From Vicinamibacterales bacterium (lineage in GTDB: Bacteria; Acidobacteriota; Vicinamibacteria; Vicinamibacterales; UBA2999): DNA of 64,000 nucleotides. The stretch spans positions 320,919-384,918 of the forward strand of contig JBFWZN010000004.1 of NCBI GenBank assembly GCA_050185275.1. The letters run 5' to 3'. A program made the position numbers and the translations under genes. Positions 31,823 through 41,988 of the stretch are shown in pieces. The notes beneath the pieces were generated by a model. That model worked only from the letters and a program-made list of their open reading frames with translations. It made no database searches and had not been told where the DNA came from. Numbering within the stretch: position 1 is the first letter of the stretch; the number at the start of each line of letters is the position of its first letter.

Positions 31823-33973
31823 TCAGTCCAGGCCGCGACGCACGAGCAGCGGGGCGACGTCGGGTTCGCGGCCCGTGAAGGCGCGGTACTGGTCCATGGC
31901 GTCCACCGACCCGCCGCGCGACAGGACAGTGCGCCGCAGGCGGTCGCCATTCTCACGGGTGAGGCCACCGTTGGTCTTGAACCACTCGACGGAATCGGCG
32001 TCGAGCACCTCGGCCCAGATGTAGGAGTAGTAGCCGGCCGAGTAGTCGTTCGAGAACACGTGCAGGAAGTAGGTGCTCCGGTAGCGCGGCGGCACCTGCT
32101 CGAGCGCGACGCCGGCCGCGCGCAAGGCCGCCTCCTCGAACGCGGCCACACCCTCGGGTGCCGGCACGTCGTCGGGCGGCAGGCGGTGCCAGGCCATGTC
32201 GAGCAGCGCGGCGGCGAGATACTCGGTCGTCGCGAAGCCCTGGTTGAAGGTCTGCGCCGCCAGCACCTTGTCGAGCAGCGCCGTCGGCATCGGCGCGCCC
32301 GTCTCGTGGTGCAGGGCGTAATTGCGCAGCACCTCGGGCCAGATGGCCCACATCTCGTTCACCTGCGAGGGAAACTCCACGAAGTCCCGCGGCACGGCCG
32401 TGCCCGAGAAGTACGGATACCGCACGTCCGAGAGCAGGCCGTGCAGCGCGTGCCCGAACTCGTGGAACATCGTCTCGACCTCCTCGAGCGTCAGCAGCGT
32501 GGGGGCTCCGGACGCCGGCTTGGCGATGTTCTGGTGGTTGGCCACGACCGCGCGCGTGCCCAGCAGGCGCGACTGCGGGACGTACGCCCGCATCCAGGCG
32601 CCACCCTCCTTCGACGGACGGGCGTAGAAGTCTCCAAGGAAGAGGCCGAGCGGCGTGCCGTCGGCCTCGAAGACCTCGAACACCCGCACGTCGGGGTGAT
32701 ATACCGGCAGGTCGGTGCGTTCGCGGAACGTGATGCCGAACAGGCGCGTGGCCGCATGGAACACGCCCTTGACGAGCACGGCGTCGAGCTCGAAATAGGG
32801 CTGAAGCTCCGCCTGGTCGAACGCGTAGCGTTGTGCGCGGACCTTTTCCGTGTAGAACGCCCAATCCCAGGACGCGAGGCTGACGGGCTCATTCTCTGGC
32901 GCCTGCCCCGCACGCAGGAGCGCCTCCAGGCTCTCGGCCTCCTGCCTCGCGTTGCGCGCGGCGGCGGCAGCCAGGCTCGCAAGACGCGTCATCACGGCGT
33001 CCACCGAGCCCGCAGTCTGCCGCTCGATCACGTAGTCCGCGTGCGTGGCGTAGCCGAGCAGCCGCGCCCGCTCCGCGCGCAGGCGCACCATGCGCGACAC
33101 ATGCGTCGTGGTGTCGAAGGGTCCGCCCCTGAGCCCGCGGCCGAGCGAGGCAGCCATCACCCGCTCGCGCACACGACGGTCCGTCAACGAAGCCAGCACC
33201 GGCTGGCCGCTCGTGTTCGCAAGCGACAGCACGTACTGGCCGGCCAAGCCGCGTTCGGCGGCGGCGGCCTCAGCCGCGGCCACCTGGCTGGCCGAGAGCC
33301 CGGCCAGGTCGTCGCGCGACGCGACGACGAGTCCGGCCGCATTCGCCTCGTCGAGTACGTGCTGGCCGAACACCGTGCCGAGCGTGGCGAGTTCCTCGTT
33401 GATGGCGCGCAGGCGGGCCTGGTCGGCTTCGCCCAGGGCAGCACCGGCCCGCACGAAGTCGGTGTAGTACTCCTCCACGAGACGACGGCCCTCGGCATCG
33501 AGCCCGAGCGCGTCGCGTCGATCGTGGAGTGACTGCACCCGCGCGAAGAGCCGCGGGTCGAGCAGGATCCGATCGTCGTGGGCGGCGAGCTTCGGGGCGA
33601 CCTCGGTGCCGATGGCCTTGAGCGCGTCGTTGGTGTGCGCCGATGCCAGGGAGAAGAACACGTTCCGCACACGGCCGAGGAGCTGGCCCGACCGCTCCAT
33701 CGCCTCGAGGGTGTTCTCCACGGTGGGCGCGTCGCTCGACCCCGCGATGGCCTCGATCTCGTCCAGGTGCTCCGTCATGCCGCGCTCGAACGCCGGCAGG
33801 AAGTGCGCGTCCTGAATCACGTCGAACCGGGGGAGCTGGTACGGCAGGCTGCTCTCGACGAGCAGGGGATTTCCGACCTGTGACACGAGGTCCTCCGAAG
33901 CAGGGAAACCGGGAGCGGCACCGCCGCACCCGGCGAGCAGCAATACCAGCACGAGCCGACCAGCCATCGTCAT
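31823..33973 (-). CDS. dcp: M3-family peptidyl-dipeptidase (Dcp / oligopeptidase A-like), lipoprotein
   Basis: HEFGHALH zinc motif; lipobox LLLAGC; start set to ATG 33973. Confidence 0.9.
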   Translation of the reverse strand: MTMAGRLVLVLLLAGCGGAAPGFPASEDLVSQVGNPLLVESSLPYQLPRFDVIQDAHFLPAFERGMTEHLDEIEAIAGSSDAPTVENTLEAMERSGQLLGRVRNVFFSLASAHTNDALKAIGTEVAPKLAAHDDRILLDPRLFARVQSLHDRRDALGLDAEGRRLVEEYYTDFVRAGAALGEADQARLRAINEELATLGTVFGQHVLDEANAAGLVVASRDDLAGLSASQVAAAEAAAAERGLAGQYVLSLANTSGQPVLASLTDRRVRERVMAASLGRGLRGGPFDTTTHVSRMVRLRAERARLLGYATHADYVIERQTAGSVDAVMTRLASLAAAAARNARQEAESLEALLRAGQAPENEPVSLASWDWAFYTEKVRAQRYAFDQAELQPYFELDAVLVKGVFHAATRLFGITFRERTDLPVYHPDVRVFEVFEADGTPLGLFLGDFYARPSKEGGAWMRAYVPQSRLLGTRAVVANHQNIAKPASGAPTLLTLEEVETMFHEFGHALHGLLSDVRYPYFSGTAVPRDFVEFPSQVNEMWAIWPEVLRNYALHHETGAPMPTALLDKVLAAQTFNQGFATTEYLAAALLDMAWHRLPPDDVPAPEGVAAFEEAALRAAGVALEQVPPRYRSTYFLHVFSNDYSAGYYSYIWAEVLDADSVEWFKTNGGLTRENGDRLRRTVLSRGGSVDAMDQYRAFTGREPDVAPLLVRRGLD

Positions 33974-34134
33974 GCGCGCGCTCTCCAACCCGGGTGTCAA
34001 CGTCGTGAAGGCCGACCGCCGAGCCGGATCATCATCGCTCACCTCGGCCCCGGCCTGCCACGGCCGGCGCGACCCGCCTCCCCGATTGTGCCCGGACGCG
34101 AACGACCGTATGATGCACGCGCTCGTCAGCCATC

Positions 34135-35172
34135 ATGTCCATCCGCGTCGCCCGTACCGTCGGTGTCCTCGCGTGCGTCCTGCTCGCCGTGCCGCTGCCA
34201 GGCACCGGCGGCGCCAGCCGGGCCCTCGCGCAGGCCTCGGGCGAACCGACCGCTGGAGCGCACGCACTCGAGGTCGTGCAGCTGCGACCGAATTTTTTCG
34301 TCATCGCGGGCGCGGGCGGCAATATCGGCGTCCAGGTCGGTCCTGACGGAGCCGTGGTGGTCGACAGCGGGCGCGCCGAGGATGCCGAGGCCGTCGTCGC
34401 CACCATCCGGCGTCTCTCGCCGCAGCCCATTCGATACATCATTGCGACCGGCCCGGATGCCGACCATGTGGGCGGCAATGCGCGGGTGGCGCAAGCCGGC
34501 CAGACGATCCTCAACCTGAACAATGTGGTCCTGCGCGGCCTGACCAACGGCGGTGCCGCGGCGGTGCTGGCCGCCGAAGGGGTGCTGCGACGGATGAGCG
34601 CGCCCACCGGCGAGACCGCGCCGTTCCCCGTGGCGGCCTGGCCGACAGAGACGTTCGAGGGACGCCGCAGCTACATGTACCTGAACGGAGAAGGCATCGA
34701 GACGCTGCACCAGCCGGCGGCGCATACCGACGGCGACAGCCTCGTGTTCTTCCGCCGGTCCGACGTGGTGATGGCGGGCGACGTGCTGGATGCCACGCGG
34801 TTTCCCGTGATCGACATCGCACGGGGCGGCACCATCCAGGGAACACTCGACGCGCTCAACCGGCTCGTCGAGCTGGCCATCCCGTCGTTCCCCCTCGTCT
34901 GGCGGGAAGGGGGCACGTACGTGGTGCCGGGCCATGGCCGCGTCTACCAGCAACTGGATGTCGTGGAGTACCGGGACATGGTGACGATCGTCCGTGACCG
35001 CATCCAGGCCCAGATCGCCGAGGGCCGTACGCTCGACGAAGTCCAGGCCTCGCGGCCTGCGCGCGGCTATCCCCAGTACGCCTCGGACACGGGCGCCTGG
35101 ACGACGCGCATGTTCGTGGAGGCCGTGTACCGCAGCCTCGTGGCCGACGCCGGCGGAGACCAGCAGCCGTGA
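34135..35172 (+). CDS. Secreted MBL-fold-like protein with non-canonical metal motif
   Basis: Signal peptide; MBL-like blocks HTDGDSLVFF and VVPGHG, but motif 2 reads ATGPDADHVGG instead of HxHxDH. Confidence 0.6.
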   Translation: MSIRVARTVGVLACVLLAVPLPGTGGASRALAQASGEPTAGAHALEVVQLRPNFFVIAGAGGNIGVQVGPDGAVVVDSGRAEDAEAVVATIRRLSPQPIRYIIATGPDADHVGGNARVAQAGQTILNLNNVVLRGLTNGGAAAVLAAEGVLRRMSAPTGETAPFPVAAWPTETFEGRRSYMYLNGEGIETLHQPAAHTDGDSLVFFRRSDVVMAGDVLDATRFPVIDIARGGTIQGTLDALNRLVELAIPSFPLVWREGGTYVVPGHGRVYQQLDVVEYRDMVTIVRDRIQAQIAEGRTLDEVQASRPARGYPQYASDTGAWTTRMFVEAVYRSLVADAGGDQQP

Positions 35173-35975
35173 CGCCACGATCAGCGCCGGTCTCGATGGT
35201 CCGGGCCGCGGTCGCCGCCCTGTCGCTTGCGCTGGCCACGGTCGCCCCCGTCCACGCACAGGGTGGCGGCGCGGCCGCGGGAACGGCCCCTCCAGCGTCC
35301 GCACGCGCGGCAGCGCCGGTAGACCTGGTCGGCACCTGGGTGTCGCTCGTCACCGAGGACTGGCGCTACCGGATGGTGACGCCGGCCAAGGGCGACTATC
35401 AGAGTGTCCCGATGACACAGGACGCGCTGCGCATCGCCGATGCCTGGGATCCGGAGCAGGACGAGGCGGCCGGCCTGCAGTGCAAGGCGTTCGGCGCCGG
35501 GGGCATCATGCGGGTGCCGGGACGCCTCCGCATCGACTGGCAGGACGACGACACGCTGCGGCTCGAGTTCGATGCCGGCAGCCAGACTCGCGCCTTCCGC
35601 TTTGGCCCGCCGCGCGGGCGGCCGGGCCGGCGCAGCTGGCAGGGGGAGTCGTCGGCCACCTGGCTGCCTGCGCGTGCGGCACGCGGACCGGGGAGTGGTC
35701 CCGTGCCCGGCGCCGGCATGGGGACGCTCAAGGTGGTGACCACCAATGTCCGCGCCGGATACCTCCGTCGCAACGGCGTGCCCTACAGTGACGAGGCCGT
35801 CATCACCGACTACTTCGCGCAGGCCCGCCTGGCGTCGGGCGCGGACGTGCTCGTGGTCACGACGGTGGTCACCGATCCCCGGTATCTCACGCAGCCCTTC
35901 ATCGTGAGCACCCACTTCCGCCGTCAGGCAGACGACACGGGGTGGAACCCCACACCGTGCGCATCCACATGGTGA
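35169..35975 (+). CDS. Secreted hypothetical protein (paralogue A)
   Basis: GTGA overlap with the upstream stop; signal peptide ...ATVAPVHAQ; shares RAGYLRRNGVPYSD and DPRYLTQPFIVS blocks with the next gene. Confidence 0.6.
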   Translation: MTPRSAPVSMVRAAVAALSLALATVAPVHAQGGGAAAGTAPPASARAAAPVDLVGTWVSLVTEDWRYRMVTPAKGDYQSVPMTQDALRIADAWDPEQDEAAGLQCKAFGAGGIMRVPGRLRIDWQDDDTLRLEFDAGSQTRAFRFGPPRGRPGRRSWQGESSATWLPARAARGPGSGPVPGAGMGTLKVVTTNVRAGYLRRNGVPYSDEAVITDYFAQARLASGADVLVVTTVVTDPRYLTQPFIVSTHFRRQADDTGWNPTPCASTW

Positions 35976-36865
35976 AACGCCCCCTGCTGATGCTGCCGCT
36001 GCTGGTACTGTCGCTCCTGGTGCTGCCCACCGCGGCGTTCGCGGAAGTGGACCTGGCCGGCTCGTGGGCGGCCCGCAACCATGAGGACGCGCTGGAACGC
36101 GGGCCGGGCCCGTACGCGGTGGACTACACCGGGCTCCCGATCACCGCCGAGGCGCGGGACCGCGCGTTGAGCTACTCGGCTTCGCAGCTCGGCATGATCG
36201 AGCGCCAGTGCGGTCTGTACCCGCCCTACTACGTCGCGCTCGGCCCCTTCGGCGTGCGTATCTGGAGCGAGGCCGACCCGGTGAGCGGCGCGACCACGGC
36301 CTGGAAGATCGGGGCCTGGGAAGACCGGGCGGCCACCACCATCTGGATGGACGGCCGGCCCCATCCCTCCCCCACGGCCCCGCACGAGACAACGGGCTTC
36401 ACGACCGGCACGTGGCAGGGCGACACCCTGGTCGCCGTCACCACCCACATGCGCGCCGGCGCCATCCGGCGCAACGGCGTACCAAGCAGCGATCAGGCCA
36501 CCATGACCACCTACCTGATGCGCACCGAAGATCTGCTCACGTTGCTGGTCGTCATCGAGGATCCGGGCTACCTGGCCGAGCCCTACCTGATCTCGCGGAC
36601 GTTCCAGCTCGATGCCGCACCCATCCGCCCCATCGGTCCACCCTGCGTGCCGGGATACGAAGGCCAGAGCGGGAACCAGGTGCCTCACTACCTGCCGGGC
36701 GCGAACCCGTTCATCGACGAACTCACGACGCTGTACGGCATCCCGCGAAGCGCGGTCCTCGGCGGCCCGGAAACGATGTATCCCGAGTTTCGCGAGACGC
36801 TGCGCGGCACCTACGTGCGGCCGGAACGGTGTGTCAGGAACTGCGGCGGTCCGCCCAGACCGTAG
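35969..36865 (+). CDS. Secreted hypothetical protein (paralogue B)
   Basis: Start at ATG 35969 (MVKRPLLMLPLLVLSLLVLPTAAFA); blocks RAGAIRRNGVPSSD and DPGYLAEPYLIS parallel paralogue A. Confidence 0.6.
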   Translation: MVKRPLLMLPLLVLSLLVLPTAAFAEVDLAGSWAARNHEDALERGPGPYAVDYTGLPITAEARDRALSYSASQLGMIERQCGLYPPYYVALGPFGVRIWSEADPVSGATTAWKIGAWEDRAATTIWMDGRPHPSPTAPHETTGFTTGTWQGDTLVAVTTHMRAGAIRRNGVPSSDQATMTTYLMRTEDLLTLLVVIEDPGYLAEPYLISRTFQLDAAPIRPIGPPCVPGYEGQSGNQVPHYLPGANPFIDELTTLYGIPRSAVLGGPETMYPEFRETLRGTYVRPERCVRNCGGPPRP

Positions 36866-36868
36866 CGG

Positions 36869-38155
36869 CTACGGCACCTGGATGGGCGCGAGCGGCAGGC
36901 GAGCCGGCGCCGGCGTGCGCTCGACGAGCCAGCCATCGGCCAGCGCGAGCCCGAACCACACCCAGTTGAGATCGTAGTAGCGGTCGTCACGGTCGAGGAT
37001 GGCGCCGAGCGACGGCAGCCCGAGGTGCGTGCGCCGCACCAGCCCGGCGAGGTCGGGTCGCAGGCGATCGAGCGCGGGCAGCAGGCACGCGTACACGCTG
37101 GGCGATTCCTCCTGGTCGAGCGCCCGCCCGCTGGTGTCGTACGCGGTGACCAGACGACCCTCCTGCGCCAGCAGCGCGGACAGGGTCGGCAGTCCACCGG
37201 TGGAGGCGCAGGCCTCCGGGCGGCCGTGCAGGCGGCAGTCGAACTCCACCCGCCAGGGAATCCGGATGCCGTCGAAGGAGAAGGTCTTCCCCAGCGTGCT
37301 GTCGGGCGGCAGTGGTGCGATCTGTCCATCTGGCGCCACCACCATGAAGTCCGGCGGCAGGCTCGCCTCCCCGCCCGCCGTCGCGCGGGCCAGCAGCGCG
37401 TAGCCGACCGTGGCCACCGCGTCCCAGTTCGCGTTCGGGTCGAGCCGGGCGAAGTAGGGGTACGCGTACGGGGCGAAGTACGACAGGTTCACGATGCGCT
37501 CGGTCACCGCCCAGTTGCCGGCCGACGGGAACCAGCCACCCGCCACCTCGATGCCGGCACGCTGATGGATCGCGCGAAGGATGTGCCTGGCGCGATCGAG
37601 GTGTGCCGGCTCGTTGAATCGGTCGGCCGCGAGGATGAGCGCGAACGCGATGTCCTGGTCCGCATCGGTCGCGCTGTTGCCATCGAGGATGCGGCCGCCC
37701 GCCTCCGGCGACCAGCGCCAAGCGTGCAGACCGTCGGGCCGTTGCAGCACGCGCGCGGTCCAGCCGGAGACACGGTCGAATGTGGCGCGGTCGCCCATCC
37801 AGGCCGCCCGGAGGAGCGCATACGACTGCCCCTCCGACGTCACTTCCCCACCATTCCGCGTCCGGTCGAGCACGTAGCCCGAGGGGTGGACGTAGATGCG
37901 GCGGTACGCCTCCCACGACTCGGCGAGGAACGCGCGCGTGGCGGCCGGGTCGTCGCCGTCGGGCATGCACGACGCCGTCAGCAGGGTGAGCGCGCACACC
38001 AGTGCTGCCAGGCACGCGCGTGGCCCCCTGGATCGCGGTGGGCGGCCGCGCGCAAGGCCCCACGGACGCACCCGCCGCACACCGCGTACACCCGACACGC
38101 CAGCACCGCGTCGCGGCTTTGAAGGGGGGGTGTACACCGTGCTAGTCTCACACAT
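36869..38155 (-). CDS. Glycoside hydrolase family 8 (endoglucanase-like), lipoprotein
   Basis: TSEGQSYALLRAA and NSATDADQDIAFAL resemble GH8 catalytic Glu/Asp regions; lipobox LLTASC; start uncertain. Confidence 0.7.
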   Translation of the reverse strand: MCETSTVYTPPSKPRRGAGVSGVRGVRRVRPWGLARGRPPRSRGPRACLAALVCALTLLTASCMPDGDDPAATRAFLAESWEAYRRIYVHPSGYVLDRTRNGGEVTSEGQSYALLRAAWMGDRATFDRVSGWTARVLQRPDGLHAWRWSPEAGGRILDGNSATDADQDIAFALILAADRFNEPAHLDRARHILRAIHQRAGIEVAGGWFPSAGNWAVTERIVNLSYFAPYAYPYFARLDPNANWDAVATVGYALLARATAGGEASLPPDFMVVAPDGQIAPLPPDSTLGKTFSFDGIRIPWRVEFDCRLHGRPEACASTGGLPTLSALLAQEGRLVTAYDTSGRALDQEESPSVYACLLPALDRLRPDLAGLVRRTHLGLPSLGAILDRDDRYYDLNWVWFGLALADGWLVERTPAPARLPLAPIQVP

Positions 38156-38271
38156 CGCGGGCGGCCGGCTCCGACCTGCCGCGCTCACGTGGGGCACCGT
38201 CCTCACATCATCGCCCGCACAGTCGCACACATGGACCTGCCGCCCGCCCTCCGTCCCGCGCCGGGCCGCCG

Positions 38272-39633
38272 ATGAACGTCCTGCCGTGGCTGGTCGCCCT
38301 GCTGCCGTGGGCCGCCTCTCCTGCCGACGCCGCCTTCCGCATCGTGGCCGCCATCGGGCTGGTGTCGCTCGAGATGCAGGTCGTGACGATCGCCGGTGTC
38401 GGGTCCCTTGGCGGACTCGTGCCCGTCAACCTGCTGGGGGCGGCCGTGGCGGCCGCATGGCAGGCCACACGCAGGCGGCCCGGGGCGGCGTGGTGGCAGC
38501 AGACCGTGCATGCGATACCCGCCCCCGCCCTGCTGGCTGCGCTTGGTGTCGTGCTCGCGCTCAACGCGGTGCTTCCCTTCGAATCGGCAGATACCTATCA
38601 CCTCGACCGGGTCGCGCAGATCCAGCGACTGGGCACGATGGCCTACGACCCGGCCGCGGACCCCAAGGGCAACATCCTGGGCTCGGCCTACGAGCTGGCG
38701 GTGGCCGACATCGGGGCGGTGCCGACGATCGGACCGCTCCTCCTGCGGGTGCACGGCGTCTTCGGCCTGGGCCTCTACCTGCTGGCCATCGCGGCCGCCC
38801 GCGCCCGCGCGCCGCGAGCGCGAGCCGCATGGGCGTGGGCCCTCCTGCTGGTGATACCCGTGCCGTTTCACCAGATGGTCCTGCTGAAGAACGATCTCTT
38901 CGTCACCATCCCCGCCTTCGTGGGCCTGCTGTGGCTGGTGCTGCCGGGCGACGACGAGCCCACGTGGACCGACGTGCTGCGCGCGGCCTGCCTGGTGGGC
39001 TTCTCGGTGGGCTGCAAGCCCACGAACCTGCCACTCGCCCTTGTCCTCTCGGCGGGTGTCCTGCTCCGCCTCGGCCTCCGGTGGCGCCCGCTCGCCGCGC
39101 TGGCGGCGGGCGGCATCGCCGGCGGCCTGGCGGGGGGCGTCTTCCTCACGCTCTGGCAGAACGCGCGCGTGTACGGCGACCCGTTTGCCCGCGCGGAAGT
39201 GGCCGCGATGGGCAACGTGACGACGGATGCGGCGCACGCGGCACTCAGTGTGGGCCGCCTCGCCATCGGCCTCGTCGATCTCGGCATCCTGACGCCGGTG
39301 CTCTGGCCCGGGCGCGGGGGCTGGGGTGGCACGTTCGGCCTGCCGTTTCTCTGGGCGCTCCTCGTGCTGGTGCTGTACCGGCACACCCGGGAGGCTCGCT
39401 GGACGGCCGCCATCATGGCGGTGGTGTTCGTGGCGTTCGCGGCGACGTTTCCCGACGCCGACATCGCGCAACGCCTGGCCCTGACGCCCGCGCTGCTGGC
39501 CGTCACGGTGGCCATCGCGCTGCACGACCGTGCGTCCGGGATCGTGGCGCCCGCACGGCTCCTGCCGCCCGTGCTGTTGCTCTCCGCCGCACAGGTCCTG
39601 CGCAGCGCGTGGCTCTACTGGGTGCGCACCTGA
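38272..39633 (+). CDS. Polytopic membrane protein (possible GT-C glycosyltransferase or polysaccharide polymerase)
   Basis: About 10-12 hydrophobic segments; sits among polysaccharide genes; no specific motif recognised. Confidence 0.6.
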   Translation: MNVLPWLVALLPWAASPADAAFRIVAAIGLVSLEMQVVTIAGVGSLGGLVPVNLLGAAVAAAWQATRRRPGAAWWQQTVHAIPAPALLAALGVVLALNAVLPFESADTYHLDRVAQIQRLGTMAYDPAADPKGNILGSAYELAVADIGAVPTIGPLLLRVHGVFGLGLYLLAIAAARARAPRARAAWAWALLLVIPVPFHQMVLLKNDLFVTIPAFVGLLWLVLPGDDEPTWTDVLRAACLVGFSVGCKPTNLPLALVLSAGVLLRLGLRWRPLAALAAGGIAGGLAGGVFLTLWQNARVYGDPFARAEVAAMGNVTTDAAHAALSVGRLAIGLVDLGILTPVLWPGRGGWGGTFGLPFLWALLVLVLYRHTREARWTAAIMAVVFVAFAATFPDADIAQRLALTPALLAVTVAIALHDRASGIVAPARLLPPVLLLSAAQVLRSAWLYWVRT

Positions 39634-39740
39634 ACCACAGGGGGTCGTGGTAGGATGTCGCCTGCCAGCCACAGGTTGCGGTTTGGCCGCCATGCTGCCA
39701 GCCTTCGCGCTGTCAGCCTCCGCCCACCACACGACCCTGC

Positions 39741-40430
39741 ATGATCTTCACCGAGACCGAACTCACGGGCGCCTTCATCGTGGACCTCGAGCCGAGGACC
39801 GACACGCGAGGCTTCTTCGCGCGGGTCTTCTGCCAGCGCGAGTTCGCCAGGCACGGCCTCGATGCCTCCGTGGCGCAGATGAACGTCTCCCTCAACCACC
39901 GGAAGGGCACCGTGCGCGGCCTGCACTTCCAGTACCCTCCGGGAGCGGAGGCCAAGTTCGTCCGCTGCTCGCGCGGCGCCATCCTGGACGTCGTCGTTGA
40001 TCTGCGTCCCGAGTCGCCCACCTACCTGCGTCATGTCACGGTGGAACTGACCGCGGACAACCGCCGGGGGATCGTCGTGCCGGAACGGTGCGCGCACGGG
40101 TTCCAGGTCCTCGAAGATGCCACCGAGACCACGTACCTGGTCAGCGAGTTCTATACGCCGGGTCTCGAGGACGGCCTGCGCCACGACGACCCCGCCCTGG
40201 CCATCGCCTGGCCCCTGCCCGCCGGCGACATGTCGGACAAGGACCGCGCGTGGCCGCTGCTGGCGCACGTGGAGTCGGCCGTGCGCGCGCGCATGACAGT
40301 GCAGTCCCCCGCCGTGCAGTCCCCCGCTGTGCAGCCCTCCGCTGTGCAGCCCTCCGCTGTGCAGCCCTCCGCCGTGCAGCCCTCCGCCGTGCAGGCCCGC
40401 GCCGTGCAGGCCCCCGCAGGCGCGCGGTGA
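39741..40430 (+). CDS. rfbC: dTDP-4-dehydrorhamnose 3,5-epimerase (RmlC) with a 40-aa pentapeptide-repeat tail
   Basis: RmlC cupin blocks DTRGFFARVF, KGTVRGLHFQ, GAILDVVVDLR, HGFQVL; the tail SPAVQ/PSAVQ x8 is not typical. Confidence 0.85.
   Translation: MIFTETELTGAFIVDLEPRTDTRGFFARVFCQREFARHGLDASVAQMNVSLNHRKGTVRGLHFQYPPGAEAKFVRCSRGAILDVVVDLRPESPTYLRHVTVELTADNRRGIVVPERCAHGFQVLEDATETTYLVSEFYTPGLEDGLRHDDPALAIAWPLPAGDMSDKDRAWPLLAHVESAVRARMTVQSPAVQSPAVQPSAVQPSAVQPSAVQPSAVQARAVQAPAGAR
40299..40418 (+). repeat. 15-bp in-frame tandem repeat x8 at the 3' end of rfbC
   Basis: gtgcagtcccccgcc / gtgcagccctccgct ... gtgcaggcccccgca. Confidence 0.9.
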
Positions 40431-41746
40431 TCCTCGTCGACACGGCGCTCGCGGCGCGCGAAGCCGAGGGGCGGCCCATCCGCGTGGCGATGCTAGGGGC
40501 CGGCTTCATGGGGCGCGGCGTCGCCAACCAGATCATCAACACGACGCCCGGCATGCGGCTGGTAGGGGTCTATGCGCGGCGGCTGGGCGCGGCGGCCGAG
40601 GTGTACGCCTACGCCGGCGCGGAACCACCCGTGACGGTCTCCACGGAGGCGCACATCGCCGATGCGCTCGCGCGGGGGCGCAGCGTGGCCACCGACGACC
40701 CGCTGCTGCTGTGCCGCTCCGGGCACGTGGACGCCCTGCTCGACGTGACGGGCGCCGTGGAACTGGGGGCGCACATGGCGCTCGAGGCCATCGCGCACGA
40801 CAAGCCGCTCGTCCTGATGAACGCCGAGCTCGATGCGACGCTCGGCCCGATCCTCCAGGTGAAGGCCCGCGCGAGGCAGGTGATCCTCACCGCGTGCGAC
40901 GGCGATCAGCCCGTCGTCCAGATCAACCTGTTCCGCTTCGTGAAGGGGCTTGGGCTGATTCCGCGCGTGCTCGGCAACATCAAGGGCCTTCAGGACCCGT
41001 ACCGCACGCCGGAGACGCAGAGGGGCTTTGCCGAGCGCTGGGGCCAGAAGCCGACCATGGTCACCAGCTTCGCGGATGGGTCGAAGATCAGCTTCGAGCA
41101 GGCGCTCGTGGCCAACGCCACCGGCATGACGGTGGCGAAGCGCGGCATGCTCGGGTTCGACCACGACGGGCACGTCGATGCGCTCACCACGAAGTACGAC
41201 CTGGACCTGCTGCGGCAGCTCGGTGGCATCGTGGACTACGTCGTCGGTGCGCGTCCCGCGCCGGGCGTCTACTGCCTGGCCGAGCACACCGACCCGAAGC
41301 AGCGGCACTACCTGAACCTGTACAAGCTGGGCGAGGGCCCGCTCTACAGCTTCTACACGCCGTATCACCTGTGCCACTTCGAGACGCCCACCACCATCGC
41401 GCGCGCCGTGCTCTTCGGCGACGCGGCCGGCGCGGCCGCGGGGGCGCCCCAGGTGGAGGTCTGCGCGGTGGCCAAGCGCGACCTGGTGGCCGGCGAGACC
41501 CTCGACGACTACGGCCACTTCATGACCTACGGGGAAGCGGTGAGCGCGGCCGAGCGGCAGCGCGGGCGCTATCTGCCCGAGGGCCTGGTGGAGGGATGCC
41601 GACTGCGGCGCAGCGTGGCGAAGGACGCCGTGCTCACGCTCGACGACGTGGAACCGCCTGCCGGCCGGCTCTCGTTCGCCCTCTTCGAGGAACAGCAGGC
41701 GCACTTCGGTGAGCTGGTGCCGGCCGCCGCCGCGCCTCGGGCCTGA
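40427..41746 (+). CDS. NAD(P)-binding oxidoreductase with SAF-like C-terminal domain (homoserine-dehydrogenase-like, COG4091-type)
   Basis: GTG at 40427 overlaps the rfbC stop (GTGA); Rossmann MLGAGFMGRGV; family from recall only. Confidence 0.65.
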   Translation: MILVDTALAAREAEGRPIRVAMLGAGFMGRGVANQIINTTPGMRLVGVYARRLGAAAEVYAYAGAEPPVTVSTEAHIADALARGRSVATDDPLLLCRSGHVDALLDVTGAVELGAHMALEAIAHDKPLVLMNAELDATLGPILQVKARARQVILTACDGDQPVVQINLFRFVKGLGLIPRVLGNIKGLQDPYRTPETQRGFAERWGQKPTMVTSFADGSKISFEQALVANATGMTVAKRGMLGFDHDGHVDALTTKYDLDLLRQLGGIVDYVVGARPAPGVYCLAEHTDPKQRHYLNLYKLGEGPLYSFYTPYHLCHFETPTTIARAVLFGDAAGAAAGAPQVEVCAVAKRDLVAGETLDDYGHFMTYGEAVSAAERQRGRYLPEGLVEGCRLRRSVAKDAVLTLDDVEPPAGRLSFALFEEQQAHFGELVPAAAAPRA

Positions 41747-41821
41747 GCGCTCGCCGCGACAGCCGCAGGGCCTGGTGGCCCATGGTTCACGCGGAGGCAC
41801 GCGAGCAGCCATGTGAGGGGA

Positions 41822-41973
41822 TTCAGGTGTAGCACTCCATCCCGGTCCGACTTGCGCACGGCGTGACAGCGGCAGTCTGGAAAACGATGCGCAAGGGGAA
41901 TGACCGAGTCCCCTGGAGCATCGTTTTCCCACGGCGTCGCGCCGGAGGACCGGGATGGAGTGCTACACCTGAA
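41822..41973 (+). repeat. Nested palindromic intergenic element, copy 2 of 3
   Basis: Core identical to copy 1 (ccggtccgacttgcgcacggcgtgacagcggcagtctggaaaacgatgcgcaagggg...); outer arms gtgtagcactccatcccgg / ccgggatggagtgctacac changed in a compensatory way; between convergent genes. Confidence 0.85.
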
Positions 41974-41988
41974 GCGAAGCTCGAGCTA

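Noticed and set aside
31262-33532. 756-aa plus-strand ORF opposite the dcp gene.
   Set aside because: It mirrors an M3 peptidase gene that carries HEFGHALH, and it has shadow-ORF composition.
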